Source: Octopus bimaculoides (taxonomy: Eukaryota). From it: a DNA stretch of 64,000 nt. Location: the NCBI RefSeq assembly GCF_001194135.2, contig NC_068982.1:163801425-163865424 (forward strand), read 5' to 3'. Positions 51,741 through 64,000 of the stretch are shown in pieces (the first letter of the stretch is position 1; every line of letters starts with the position of its first letter). A program made the translations under genes and the position numbers. The notes under the pieces were generated by a model. That model did not search any database. It was not told the origin of the DNA and saw only the letters and a program-made list of their open reading frames with translations.

Positions 51741-52341
51741 CATGTGTTTTTAATGACAGTATGGCCCTCTCAAAATACAACAATATCAGTTTCAACACAC
51801 ATTTCCACATCAAGAATCTTGCAAATCAAATACAAAAATGTAATATTAGATAATGTATTCCCAGACACATTATGACTGAAAACAGAAAATGAGATAGCAA
51901 TGGCTAGAATACTTTTAGCCACCAGTATGTTCAATCAAGGTCAGGTAGCAATAACAATGAATCCTTGCGGCTGATCCAATGAACCATTACAAAAGATAGA
52001 TATAGAAGTACAACTGGTTGTTGTTGAGAGCTGATAGTCAGTAACATATTTACAAGGGTCTCTGTGGTGTTCAGTCTGAAAATATCTTATTGTTGAATGG
52101 TTCACCAAGTACTGGTTAACAAATTGATATTTCATACCTTCTCATTTATGCTGACCTGTATCCATGCACAGTGACATATTAACTGGTCAACCTAAGTTAA
52201 AGTACTTTGTAGAGCTACTTACCATCGTTGGAAGCAAAGGTGGCAGTGATGTGTTTTTGTGTTTTTGTGTTTCATTTGTGAGCAACAAAGCTAAGTGTCC
52301 TTTCATGAGTTAAGCACACACAAATATATCTATATATATCT

Positions 52342-52372
<31 letters not shown>

Positions 52373-53676
52373 TATAGAGAGAGAGAGGGGGGGGAGAAAG
52401 AGAAAGAGTGAGAAATGAGGTTTACTTGATTGATTCTCACATCATGAGGACAAAGGTATATAACTGTGTCCCTGTGACCCAATAGTTTATAACGTTGACA
52501 TTCCTACCAAAATGTTTGAATAACTTATTTATTGACCAGTGTTTGAATATTCATTGAAGCAAGTATAAACTATGGGATTTCATGATTGTGATCAATCATA
52601 GCTCCATCTTGTGTAATGGATTGTATGCATAATACTGTAGTGTTTAGGATGTCAACAGCTGCAACAACAACAGCAACAACAGTAACAACATATGCAGCAA
52701 CAATCGTAGTACAGTAACAACGGTAGTACAATAATAAAAAAAATAACAAAATTATGTTATTGCTCAAAAATACCTGATGTGTTTTATTTCATAGAATTAT
52801 ATTGACTCTAAGAATAACGGTGACTTCATTTGATTCCTACTGAACAGAATTGAATTATTTGAGATCTGTCATTGATAGCAAACTACACGAGATCAGATCA
52901 ATATATTTGAACAATGTTACAGCTTTGAGCCAGCTTCTTTATATAAACAACATTTCTGAACAATGAAATATGTTTGGACAGATGTGAAAAAGAGAAAGAA
53001 AAAAAATGAAGTCTATATTTCTTGCTGTTGAATATGTATAAGTCTGAGGCTCTCTTTGTAGTCACTTGACCTCTCAATGCAGTAGTTAGGTCTTCTTTTC
53101 TTTGCATCTTTGAAATTGTAGACTTGTATTTAAGGCTGAGGACAGTATGCTCATAATAATGTATATCACCATAAAACCAGGCTGCCCAAAGAACTTGAAC
53201 CAGTGAGAAAGGTTATGATTAGTTGGAATTATAAACTGAATGGTAGAGATTGTTGTTATTGCTGTTCTTGTTTAATTCCAGGTCAACCATGGTCTAGCAA
53301 ATCTATAAAGACATACATCTGAGCTGTGATTATCTTGTCTTCTTAGAGGTATTTTGGGTAGTATTATCCAATATGGAGTTTGCTTGAAAGAAATTTACTC
53401 GCTAATAGGACCAGATTGTGCAGTCATGTAAAAGCTCTCTTGGCTTGTGCATACATCTCTACTGTGAGATGTTATAGTTTCAGGCTATATTTTTAGTCAG
53501 AGAAGAAATGAAGATATTTGACCTGGCAGCTAACAATCAACAAATTCAGCAATTTTCCCCTCACACTATATATTTTATTTTAAATATGCCTTCAATAAAA
53601 GTAAGAATGTGGCAATAAAACTGATCTGGTCATAGATAAAAGGGCTGATTAGCTGAAAGCAGTTCTGTTTCCACAG

Positions 53677-53740
53677 ATTTTGTTACTGCATTGCAGACAA
53701 TCAGAAATACTTTATTAAGCTATGTTAAACTGTCAGTACT
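53677..53740 (+). CDS. candidate internal exon (x-FVTALQTIRNTLLSYVKLSV-x)
   Basis: Acceptor ttctgtttccacag, donor CT|gtgagt, only one open frame. Confidence 0.35.
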
Positions 53741-53784
53741 GTGAGTAAGATGTGCCAAGATTTAAAAGTGAGAATGATTTAAGG

Positions 53785-53999
53785 TTTGACCTTTTAGCTT
53801 TTAAACTGACCATATCTGGCCCAAATTTGCTACCTGTTTTATGTTCTAACCAGCCAGATCCAGCCTACCAATGCCATTCTAAAAATATATACTCGCATCA
53901 TCAGGATTTTGAAGCTACAAAATAATGCTTGATTAATTAAAGACAGTGAGAATGGAAAAGCATTACATTTGACAGAATAAACTGAATGCTAAAGAGTTA
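53785..53999. mobile_element. MITE with TTAA-type termini (piggyBac-like)
   Basis: Right end AATGCTAAAGAGTTAA is inverse to a degenerate left end TTGACCTTTTAGCTTT; superfamily is inferred from the TTAA end. Confidence 0.55.
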
Positions 54000-54224
54000 A
54001 GACTTAAAAAGGTGATAATCATTTTAACATTGGTAAAGTGTTTGAGGAGAGAATGTTTATTTTTACTCTAAATAGGCTGAGCACACTACACAAATGTTCC
54101 TTTACTAGCTGTTGTCATTTAAATTCAGTGCAGTCCTCAACAAGTAGACGTATTAACAAATGTGTTTTGATCATGAGTATTCCATACTTTTTATATATTA
54201 CTTGACAGTTTCTGGTCACATATA

Positions 54225-54356
54225 TTCTTTTATTTGTACTTATTCTATCAGTCTGTTTTGCCGAACTGCTAAGTTATGGGGACATAAACACCCTAGCATC
54301 AGTTGTCAAGTGATGTTGGGGTGGGGGGACAAACACACATATACAAACATATACAC

Positions 54357-54429
<73 letters not shown>

Positions 54430-54610
54430 GACAGGCTTCTTTCAGTTTCTGTGTACCAAATCCACTCACAAGGCTTTGGTTGGCTCAAGGCTATAGTAGA
54501 AGACACTTGCCCAAGGTGCCACGCAGTGGGACTGAACCTGGAGCCATGTGCTTGGTAAGCAAGCTACTTACCACACAGCCGCTCCTGCACCTATCACAGC
54601 CACTCCTGTG
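54225..54610 (-). mobile_element. tRNA-derived SINE family A
   Basis: Family A core with internal (TA)n. Confidence 0.9.
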
Positions 54611-55149
54611 CTTATATGTATATCACCAGCACATGGTGTCAAGCAATGCTTTATATTGAATGGCTAAATGAGTAACTGACTTTAGTTTGAAAGCGAGTGA
54701 GGAAGTGATTGGCCAGCAGAATATCTAGATATGACATGAGGTAATTTGTGGTGAATATTCGATATTTTCTTGTACGGGGTACTTTTAGAATCCATTCTGT
54801 TAAGCCTTTTCTGGTAAGCACTTGTCAGAGCTTAGTCTGTAAACACCAATGCATTTTGAACAGTCATTTTTAGCTGCTCCTATCTATAAAGAAAGGAAAT
54901 AAATTACACATCAACAACTCAGATGTTCCCTTTGGAGATTCTCAGTTCTAACTACTGATTTCAGCAATGCATCATGTAATAGTTTAAATAAGGCATACAG
55001 CTGGCTACATTTACAAATCCTGATAAAGCTTTTATTACAATGAACTTGACAGAATGCATTTTGTTTCATACAAAAGCACACCAGAAGCTAAATTATCTAG
55101 AATAGTTAGAGCACCTTATATACAAAATCTATGTTGAAGTCAAAAAGAC

Positions 55150-55990
55150 AGAAGGTAGCCATAATGGTAGATGCAATGCAAAGTGGTGGGTAGGGGTGGA
55201 GAGTCTATATGGTTGTAAGGGTTGGGGGCCAAGGTCAATGCTGGTGATGGGGTTAAGTTAATGCCAGATATGTTTGTAGTGGTGCACCCAAAAGAATTAA
55301 TGAAGGTGACGATGATGACATAAATGATGTTGAAGATGATAATGGTGGTGGTGTTGATGATTAGATGCTGTCCTAAGGTGGATGGTGATGATGATGGTGA
55401 GGAGGATGTTGGTGGTGGTTGCGGTAATGGAGATAGTAACAGTGACAAGGGTGAAATTAGGTGTGAGAGTGCTGGTATTGGTTGTGGTGATAGGGGCGGG
55501 TAGGGGTGGGGGTGGACGATGGTGAGATAACCATTGGAGATGGTATGACAAGGGGAGGAAGTAATGGTGGAAAAGTGATTGTGACAGTATGGTAGTGTTG
55601 GTGCTGTATGGTTGAAGTGTGTGGTGGTAAAGTTGTTTAAGATGAAGTTGTGGTGATTATGGAGGTAGCAGTGGCTGAATGATGAAGATGATAATGATGA
55701 TGATGATGATGACGATAACGACAATGATGATAATGGTAATATTGATAATGATGATGATGATGATGAAGTAGATGGTGGTGGATGTGGTAATGATGGTAAT
55801 GTAGTTAGCAGGGGATAAGGATGGACTAATGAAAGAAAAGATCAGCATATAGAGATGTTGATATTGGTGATGTTGATAGTAATCATGATGAAGAAAATGG
55901 CTATGGAACTGATGATGGTATTAGTTGACAGAGGAGAAATTGAAGAAGAAGGGTTGAATTGGTAGATGTTGGTGGTGCTGGTGGTTGTGC
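55150..55990. repeat. degenerate (GAT/GGT)n low-complexity tract
   Basis: About 800 bp of imperfect trinucleotide repeats. Confidence 0.9.
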
Positions 55991-56369
55991 CAAAGACCAA
56001 GCAATAAAATACACTAATAAAAACTCAACAATTGAGTTGGTGCTGGATACGTTGATGATGGCACAATTACCTGTCTTCTTGTTTGTTAAAGCTTGCTGAG
56101 GAAGCAAGTCAGGAATTTGCTTAGCAAAGACAGGACCTCTCCCAGCACTGAATTGGTAGTTTCACATGTGTATTTTACATGTGATTATTCTGAGTTGTCT
56201 GATTTTCTGCTCCATGTTTGTCATGTCGATTAAATATTTTAATGTATTGTTGATTATTTATCAAGTACTTCATAGTATTATGATATGTGTGTGTGTGTGT
56301 GTGTTTGTGTACATGCACGCGTGTATACATGTGTATGTATTCTTGTGTGTGTGCATATGTATATTTGTG

Positions 56370-56401
<32 letters not shown>

Positions 56402-56411
56402 NNNNNNNNNN

Positions 56412-56617
56412 AAATGTGCAACAAGGTGGAAAAAAGAGTACTCAAATACCAGAGGTAGAGTAATATGCTTTATTTAAAAGCAGCAGAAATATAACAAAAA
56501 AACCGTTACTCTGAGTTTCACGTTCCCGTTCATCGGACACACGTTCCCATTCATTGGACAGATGAACGGGAACGTGAAACTCAGAGTAACGGTTTTTTTG
56601 TTATATTTCTGCTGCTT
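56412..56617. mobile_element. probable Penelope-like terminal repeat remnant with an inverted partial copy
   Basis: 57-bp perfect inverted repeat whose arms contain a minimal hammerhead fold; PLE assignment from known association of minimal type-I hammerheads with PLE terminal repeats. Confidence 0.6.
56503..56540 (-). ncRNA. minimal type-I hammerhead ribozyme-like motif
   Basis: GUGU-CCGAUGA-ACG(GGAA)CGU-GAA-ACU(CAG)AGU-A-ACGG: stems II and III pair, stem I gives 3 bp, GUA cleavage triplet; core has C instead of U at position 4. Confidence 0.6.
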
Positions 56618-57104
56618 GGTGCACCAGCATGACCGCAGCCACTTGGCTGAAACACATAAATAAATAAATAAATATCATATATAATGCATGTGTGTTTCTC
56701 TGTGTATGTATATGTGTGTGTGTGTGTGTGTATGTGTGTGGGCTGGTATGTCCATACACATATATCTTTGTTGTTGTTTCAAGTTGTTCACTGAAAATAT
56801 TTTTCCAGCAAAACAATGAAAATCATTTATTTTCCTCTTCTTATTTCTCTTCCATGTATTTTGTGTTATTATTGCTCTCAGAGAGGGATCCTATGTACAG
56901 AACTTTCCCAAGTATTATTGACCACACAGAATTCAGTTAACCAGAGTTGTTGTTTGAATCTGAGTTAGCCCTACTCTCAAAAATACTGATGACCAAGTAT
57001 TTTCCAGTCATGATCAGTCCATTGTATTTCAAGAAAAAATTGTATTTTAGATGGTTTTATCCAATAATCTTTCCTTTCATAAATTGGTAGACTGTGATAT
57101 GAAA

Positions 57105-57420
57105 GGGATTTTGGTGTTGTGCCAGTGCTGGTGCCACTTACAAAGCATTCACGCCACATTGTAAAGTGGTTAGTATTTGGGAGGGCATCCAACGATAAAA
57201 ACTATGCCAAAACTGACCTTGCCTGTGCTTGTGCCACGTAGAAAACACTCAGTCCACTCTGCTGAGTGGTTGGTGTTAGGAAGGGCATCCAGCCGTAAAA
57301 ACCTTGCCAAAACAGACACAGAAGTCTAGTGCAGGCTCCTACCTGGCCAGCACCTGTCAAACTGTCCAACCCATGCCAGCATGGAAGGCGGACATTAAAT
57401 GATGATGATGATGATGATTG
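57105..57420 (+). mobile_element. RTE-tail-type element with a duplicated core
   Basis: The GTGGTT..GGAAGGGCATCCA..AAAAC block occurs twice (about 57165 and 57266); (GAT)n tail. Confidence 0.8.
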
Positions 57421-57461
57421 TAGGAGATATTAAGAAGAGGAGTGGGAAAGGCGAAAGGCAG

Positions 57462-57492
<31 letters not shown>

Positions 57493-60400
57493 ATGATAAA
57501 ATGTCCCTTATTCTTTTAATTGTTCAAGGTAAGTTGTAAGATTGTCGGATTGTTGCTGTTGAACTACTCTGAATCACTATAAAGATCCACTCTCATATAT
57601 GGGTTGACTTGCTAGAAATAGTAGCTAAATTCTCCTCAAAATGACATCCTATCATGTTAAAAAAGAGAAGAGTTTATTGTGTAAGACGTGGCATATAATT
57701 TGAATCTGATATATTTTAAAAATGGTCTTGGCTAGAATACCTTTTATTATAGGTTTCCCTGACCAGGGCTGACATGGAACTGGCAGCAACAACAACAATG
57801 ATGATGATGATGATGATGACAATGACAACATTCTTGAATTTGTCATATTTCAGAGTAACATGAAACACAGACTGACATATACACACAGATACAAAGACAT
57901 TAGTTTATAGTAGTTCTTTCATGATGGCTATTTTATTTATTTTTTTTTTTATATTGGTTAGGCTTGGTGAGCAACCTCCTTAGTTATTGATTCCAAGTTG
58001 TTATTGAAAATATTCTTACAGCAAAATGGTGAAATGTGTTTATTTTCCACTCCTTGCATCTCTTTCATATGTGTTGTGTTATTATTGCTCTCAACGAGAG
58101 ATCTCATGAAAGAAGCAGCACCAAATATTCACCACATGGAGCTCAGCTAATCAAAGCATTTGTTATATTTTCTAACACAATGAAATTAGTCAACTTATTA
58201 GAGAGCTTTCAACGAAGGATGATTTTAAATGGTTTATTATTTGCCTTTATTCTGTCTGAAAAGAACCATGTATTTCTTCTAAGTCATTATTTTGTTTTCT
58301 TTCTGTCATACTGCACTTTTCAGAAAGATTCAATTTACTATGCCAATCAATATGTATCACATTTTTCCAACCTGTAAAGAAGACTTAAATTTGTGTGATA
58401 AAAATAAAATTGGAGCATTAAATATGTGTTTACTGTCAAAGAATTTTTGAAAGAATAATATGGAAAAAGAAAGAAAGAATGACAGAATTATGAAATAAAT
58501 AAAGGGAAATTGCTTGATATTCAATATTTTTCCATTCTTTTTTTACCTCTATTCAAACGTTGATTGAGTGAATTTGTAGACCAACAACCAGAGCAGTTTT
58601 CTTTTACCCTCTCCTTTGTTATTTTATGAACAAAAATTAACACATTCACCAGACATTTTTATATTGTATTTTATTTCATTTTATTTCAGTTCTGGAACAA
58701 TACGTTCTTATTGTCTCATCTGTATTAGTTTTCTTTGAAATGTCACAAATTCTTAGGTGTCATTACAAGCCTTGCTGTTTCAACTGTTATCTCTCTAACG
58801 AGATGCTATTTATTGTTGTTGCTTTATTAATTTGTTATATAAATGGAACTAGCTTCAATTCATCTGATGCTGCACCACCTTGTTTCTCTGACCAAAAATA
58901 TTCCACTCTTTGAATATTTTCATCAACTTGACTTCTTGATCTTTCTTTTAAAAATTTTTTCCTAAGTTTCTTTTATCGAGAAAATATATAACAGAAATTC
59001 TTCATATATTAGTATATTCTGAATACAGGTGAGATGACCAATTAGATATAATGTTTACTTTGTTGGTAAACCTCTCCATCATCAACACCACCAATCTGTT
59101 AATGAGACCAGTGGTAGTCAACAATACTTCTGGCTTTATTTACTAAGCGAATTGAACTCAGCATTGCAAGTCAATAAAATAGTTGATAATTTCAGTGTTG
59201 TCATTGTTTTACAGTGGTGAATTATACCACCATGAAGAAGTAGCTACTTGCAGCTAAGTACACTGAACAGTTGAGAACCAAGTTTCCTTGGTACATGGTG
59301 GAACTGGTGATAAGAAATGCATCATGGACTGCTAGGCTGAGTTACCAGACTTGCTATCGAACTGATCATCTTAGCTGAGTTATCAGGCATGCTATTAAAT
59401 TGACCACCTTTGATTCAAAAGAGATAAAATGAAAGTATTAATGCAAGGATTTATTGTAAAATAGACTAGAAACAAAATTCTTCCTGGATTTCTGGTAAAC
59501 ATACTTGATTATAGTAGGACAATGTAATGGTGCACAACATCATCATTGCTTAAGATTGAACAACAAAGACCAAAATTCATTTTCATGACCTGAAAACATT
59601 TTAGGCATGAACAGTTGCTGTCCCTTCTAGAAATCCTATACTATTCTGCTCACACACCTGAGATCTAAAATTCCCTTCCATAAATTATAGATTGCACTTT
59701 ATGATTTCTGACTATATATTTATGTGAACTGAATGTAAATATTGAGATGGATAAACAGGAAATTCAGATAAAGATAAAATGTCTATCGCAATGTTTATAT
59801 CTAATAGATTCAAATATATTCTTTGAATAATCCTAGACTATTAAGAAATTAGATTTAACCACCTTATCATTTTCAAATCAAAAACAGGAACATAAGTGAT
59901 ATAAAAAAATTGCAATACTTATTGCTGTTTTACAATAATTTTTCTTTACTTGTATAGGTGGGATAGTTTTATATTGAAGCAAATATTAGTCTTGCAAATA
60001 ACCACTCAACTATAAAGAATGAATAGGGTGTTTTGTCCTTGTCAATCAGATAGACTGGAGTAAGTGGAGTCACATGCTTTGTTTAATGACACAACACAAT
60101 GGTTATAGTAGAACTTGAACTCTTGAGTTCACATCCTCCAATAGTAGCCCTAACATTATTCCTCTGACTAAGACATAATTCTGCTGATAGATGCTAAATG
60201 TAGTATCCATTTTTTTTATAGAATAATTATAATCTTTCCTTCATTATACAATACCTGCTTATCTTTGATGTCCATCAAAGTTGGTTGTTGCTGTTTTTAT
60301 TTAACACCAAGGCCTTTTAGTTAAGTTTGAGCAGACTATGGCAAAAGCATTCAAGTCATCACCATCTAGTTCCTTTCTATATCCCAAACAAAATAAACCT

Positions 60401-61779
60401 TCCATTTTTAAGAGGGTTGAGTAGGATTCAAGTAAGATTTGATCACAAACTTCTCAGGTAAATCTGATAATTATTCCTGATACTCAGGTGGATTGAGTAA
60501 ATGTTGCAATGAATTTAAATTCATGATTCAGGAACAGTCAATCTAATTTCTTATCTATTTAGATACATCACTTCTAACATATTTACATATATTAAAATAT
60601 AAACAAACTGTAAGTATCACTTGGCTCATACATATCTCACTTTTTAAACTTCTATTCTTTGCCCACATACACAGCTACAATTAATAACACAAATAAGAAC
60701 TAAAGTCTGTGAAAATTAGTTGTAATCTGCATCAGCAAAACAGTTTAGTAGAATTTGCTTGAATGTGGGTCTGTTCAATGAATTATACCTCTCTGCTTCA
60801 AATTTTTGGTTTTGTACTAAATTCTGAAACTATAAATTTTCTCTAACAATGTTTAGTCTTGTTTCTTCATTAACCATTAACTCACACTATGTGGCACTTG
60901 GTTTAGGATCTCAGTTCTGTTGTGGTGGGCAGATCTTCTCAACTACAACAATGTGCCACATATCTCAGTCCTCTGTCATCTCCTTCATATATTTCAGTGT
61001 TTTGAGAATAAATGCCAGTAATATGCAGGTTTATTCATCTGACAGTATCAATTTGTCTACAAAGTAACAGCTTTGACTTTAACCTAAAGAAATCAATATA
61101 AAGAAAAAATATTCTTTGAAAGAGTACCATAGCTTGTTATCTAGTGCATTTAGCAGGAGTGGTGGCGCAATGAAGAAAAAGCTTAGTTTTATCTCTGTAA
61201 ATTGAGTTCAAACCTTGTCAGGTTTGATTTCGCTGTTTGTCTTTGGGGTGTCCATTTCTAGTCAAGGTAGCAGATTGGCAGAGTTGTTAGAGAATTGATT
61301 AGAATATTTTGTGGTATTTGTTCTGGCCCTCTGTAATCTGAGGTCAGCCTTACTGTTCATTCTTTTGAACTCAGTAAAACACCAGTTCAGACCCATGAAA
61401 ATGTGTGCGTGGATCATCATGTATAACTACATAATTTCGTTTTATCAGTCATCCAGCATCTAAAACCTTAGAAATGAATGATATTATAAATATTCTTGCA
61501 ATTATTGCCCTGCAAGTGATATTCTTTTTATCGTATATAATTTGACAGCTTGCTATATAATTCAATATATTTCCTTTGTTCTTATACAATTTTATCACTA
61601 ACGTGGATCCATATAGTTAGAACATTGGAGAAGATATTCACCTAGAAATCCTCTTCTGAAGGTCAGGTTTATGAAAGCTACAAGGGTGGAGGAAAAAAGT
61701 GGCTTTCCTTAGCTGTAGTTGAATGATGACAAAGATGATGATGATGATGAGGGTCAATTTAGTCATTTTACACTGTTGT

Positions 61780-62250
61780 TGTTGTTTGTTCCTTCTTGAG
61801 CCATGCCTGGCTCATAAGGGCTGGTTTCTTGGTTTCAATGGCATTAAGTTCCCCATCTGGACAGGATGCTGGTCTGTTTCAGGTGAGCTGCTAGATGTAG
61901 GAGGAAAGAGTGAGAGAAAGTTGTGGCGAAGGAGTCAGCAGAAGTTCGCCATTACCTTCTGCTGGAGCTGCATGTTTTGCTCATAAACACACATATTTCA
62001 TGGTCTGAGATTTGAACCCATGATCCCTCGAGCGCGAGTCTACTGCTCTAACCACTAGGCCATGTGCCTCCACAGTCATTTTAAATAAAAAAAAAAAAAA
62101 CAGAAAGGTTGGACCTTTGTCATTTGATGAGGAGGAATCAGTTGTTTAATCAACAGAATTACCTGATCCTGAGTTAAACTGTAAGTGGCTGAGTATTCCA
62201 TGGACACAGGTACACTTAATGCAATTCTCAGACAGAAACAGCAGCATGAC
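61780..62250 (-). mobile_element. fragmented SINE family C
   Basis: GAAAGAGTGAGAGAAAGTTGTGG, reverse B-box TTTGAACCC, and GTGGCTGAGTATTCC...ACACTTAATG pieces. Confidence 0.65.
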
Positions 62251-63744
62251 ACAGTATGTAACAAGGTATGGGCCAAGATTGGATCAAGATTGTACCATTT
62301 GGCTATACTGTGCCAACAGCATTGACAGTAAAATGAAATATTTCAAAATTGGGAATCCAATATTTTATTAAAGATTTGGTGTAGTAGCAGATTAACTTTT
62401 AGTCAACAGCAAAAACATGCCTAATTTTATATGAAATAAAATTAATCTTGTCATTTTTATCAAAATCAAATCATAAAACTAAAATCAATTGAGCTAGCTC
62501 CCTTTTCAAAACAATAACACCCTTGGAAAAAAAAAAAAAAAAGAAAAAGATAAACTAACAAAAATAAACATGTACACGAATATGATGCTGCAGTATTGGA
62601 GCAGGAATAACAGATAGATGGAATCATGGAACAGAAGACAGATGACATAAAGATAAACAAATTTTGTCTTTGAGAAGCTAATTCTTTTTACTCAGTGTCA
62701 TAAGATGTAATAAAGTAAACAAATATTGTATTATTCTTGTTGTATTATGGCATTTACATCAAATCGAGTTACTTCTGTTGATGACAGAGATTAGCAGAGA
62801 TGTCATAAAACACTACTGATTGACATTCTATCATTTAGGAAGCTGCTATGATGGAATTATCAGTTGGGAAACAGAAGGAATTCTTTCTTCTATTTATGAT
62901 GATTAATAATTTCTCTCTCAACGATATAAAACAATCTCAATCTGCAACTGGCAGAAACTGTAGTCTCCATTAGCATATGAGTGTGAATAGAACTAGTAAC
63001 ATTTATATAAGACTACAAAGGTATTTAAGTGAGTGCTTGAACCAACTATGTGAATGGAACAAGTCACTAAAATTGATGAATATATGAATGCATGTTAGTG
63101 ATAAAATTGTGTAAGAACAAAGGGAATATATTGAATTATATAGCAAGCTGTCAAATTATATATGATAAAAAGAATATCACTTGCAGGGCAATAATTGCAA
63201 GAATATTTATAATATCTTTCATTTCTAAGGTTTTAGATGATGGATGACTAATAAAGCGAAATTATGTAGTTATATACGATGATCCACACACAGACATACA
63301 CATTAGCATTAACAGTTAACATGTGAATATAATGAATTGTAAAACACTATATTTTTATAAATATAAACAGGAGATTGAAAAAGAAAACAAAGTGAGAAAC
63401 ATGATCTGAGTTACATCAATGAATTCCTGAATGATTGAGTTACCAATTACATCTCCGAGAGTATTTCTTCTAGATTAGATACACTTTTATAAATGTATCT
63501 GCAAGTAAGTGCATATGTGTGTGTGCGGAAAAGCTTTTCTTTTAAACATGTAGTGATAAAAGTAAAGATTTCATACTGATACAAGACCACATAAGATTAT
63601 TATCTATTAGATTGACTTCAGCTCTTGACTGGTACTTATTTTACCAACATCCAGAAGGATTACAAGTAAAGTTGGCCTTGGCAGGACAGAAACCCAAAAT
63701 GTTAGGGAATTTAACCAAACATCACAAATTTTTTCCAAGTGTGT

Positions 63745-64000
63745 CGTCGTCATCGTCGTTTAACGTCCGCTTTCCATGCTAGCATGGGTTGGACGATTTA
63801 ACTGAGGACTGGTGAAACCAGATGGCTACACCAGGCTCCAATCTGATTTGGCAGAGTTTCTACAGCTGGATACCCTTCCTAACGCCAACCACTCAGAGAG
63901 TGTAGTCGGTGCTTTTACGTGTCACCCGCACTAAGGCCAGTCAGGCGGTACTGGCAACGGCCACGCTCAAAATGGTGCATTTCATGTGCCACCCGCACAA
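63745..64000 (-). mobile_element. young RTE-tail-type element, truncated by the window end
   Basis: CGTCGTTTAACGTCCGCTTTCCATGCTAGCATGGGTTGGACG...TTTCTACAGCTGGATACCCTTCCTAACGCCAACC. Confidence 0.9.

Noticed and set aside
52138-52290. Two adjacent minus-strand exon candidates (VDQLICHCAWIQVSINEK and LLLTNETQKHKNTSLPPLLPTM)
   Set aside because: They are separated by only 31 nt, too short for an intron, so both cannot be used; neither has independent support.
55140-55724. 194-aa Ser/Pro/Thr-rich ORF resembling a mucin
   Set aside because: Degenerate trinucleotide tract with no flanking splice or domain evidence.
58690-58915. ~74-codon hydrophobic open frame after a strong acceptor, joinable to MSLILLIVQ at 57501-57528
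   Set aside because: Its hydrophobicity is explained by T-rich composition, and the opposite strand looks like decayed coding sequence with stops; no recognisable protein.

Overview
AT-rich, microsatellite-dense eukaryotic DNA with nine N-gaps. The repeat complement (tRNA-derived SINEs with internal microsatellites, Nin-domain-like SINEs, RTE LINEs with (GAT)n tails) looks like an Octopus/coleoid cephalopod intron or intergenic region; the organism is inferred from pattern recognition only. No host gene could be identified. Nearly all listed ORFs are microsatellite or transposon artefacts; only a few short candidate exons with good splice sites are supported, at low confidence. Well-supported content: several decayed RTE-clade LINE copies, three DD34D-type mariners, one DD37D (maT) transposon, several MITEs and many SINEs. 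Most interesting observations: (1) a perfect 57-bp inverted repeat at 56478-56617 whose arms carry a minimal type-I hammerhead ribozyme fold of the kind found in Penelope-like elements; (2) a C4HC3 PHD-finger-like module inside the RT region of the resident RTE family; (3) two inverted RTE copies that could form about 1.4 kb of dsRNA; (4) a 94-bp loopless TA-flanked palindrome; (5) a ~30-bp periodic array of nuclear-receptor half-sites; (6) a locally duplicated, acceptor-preceded, signal-peptide-like small ORF.
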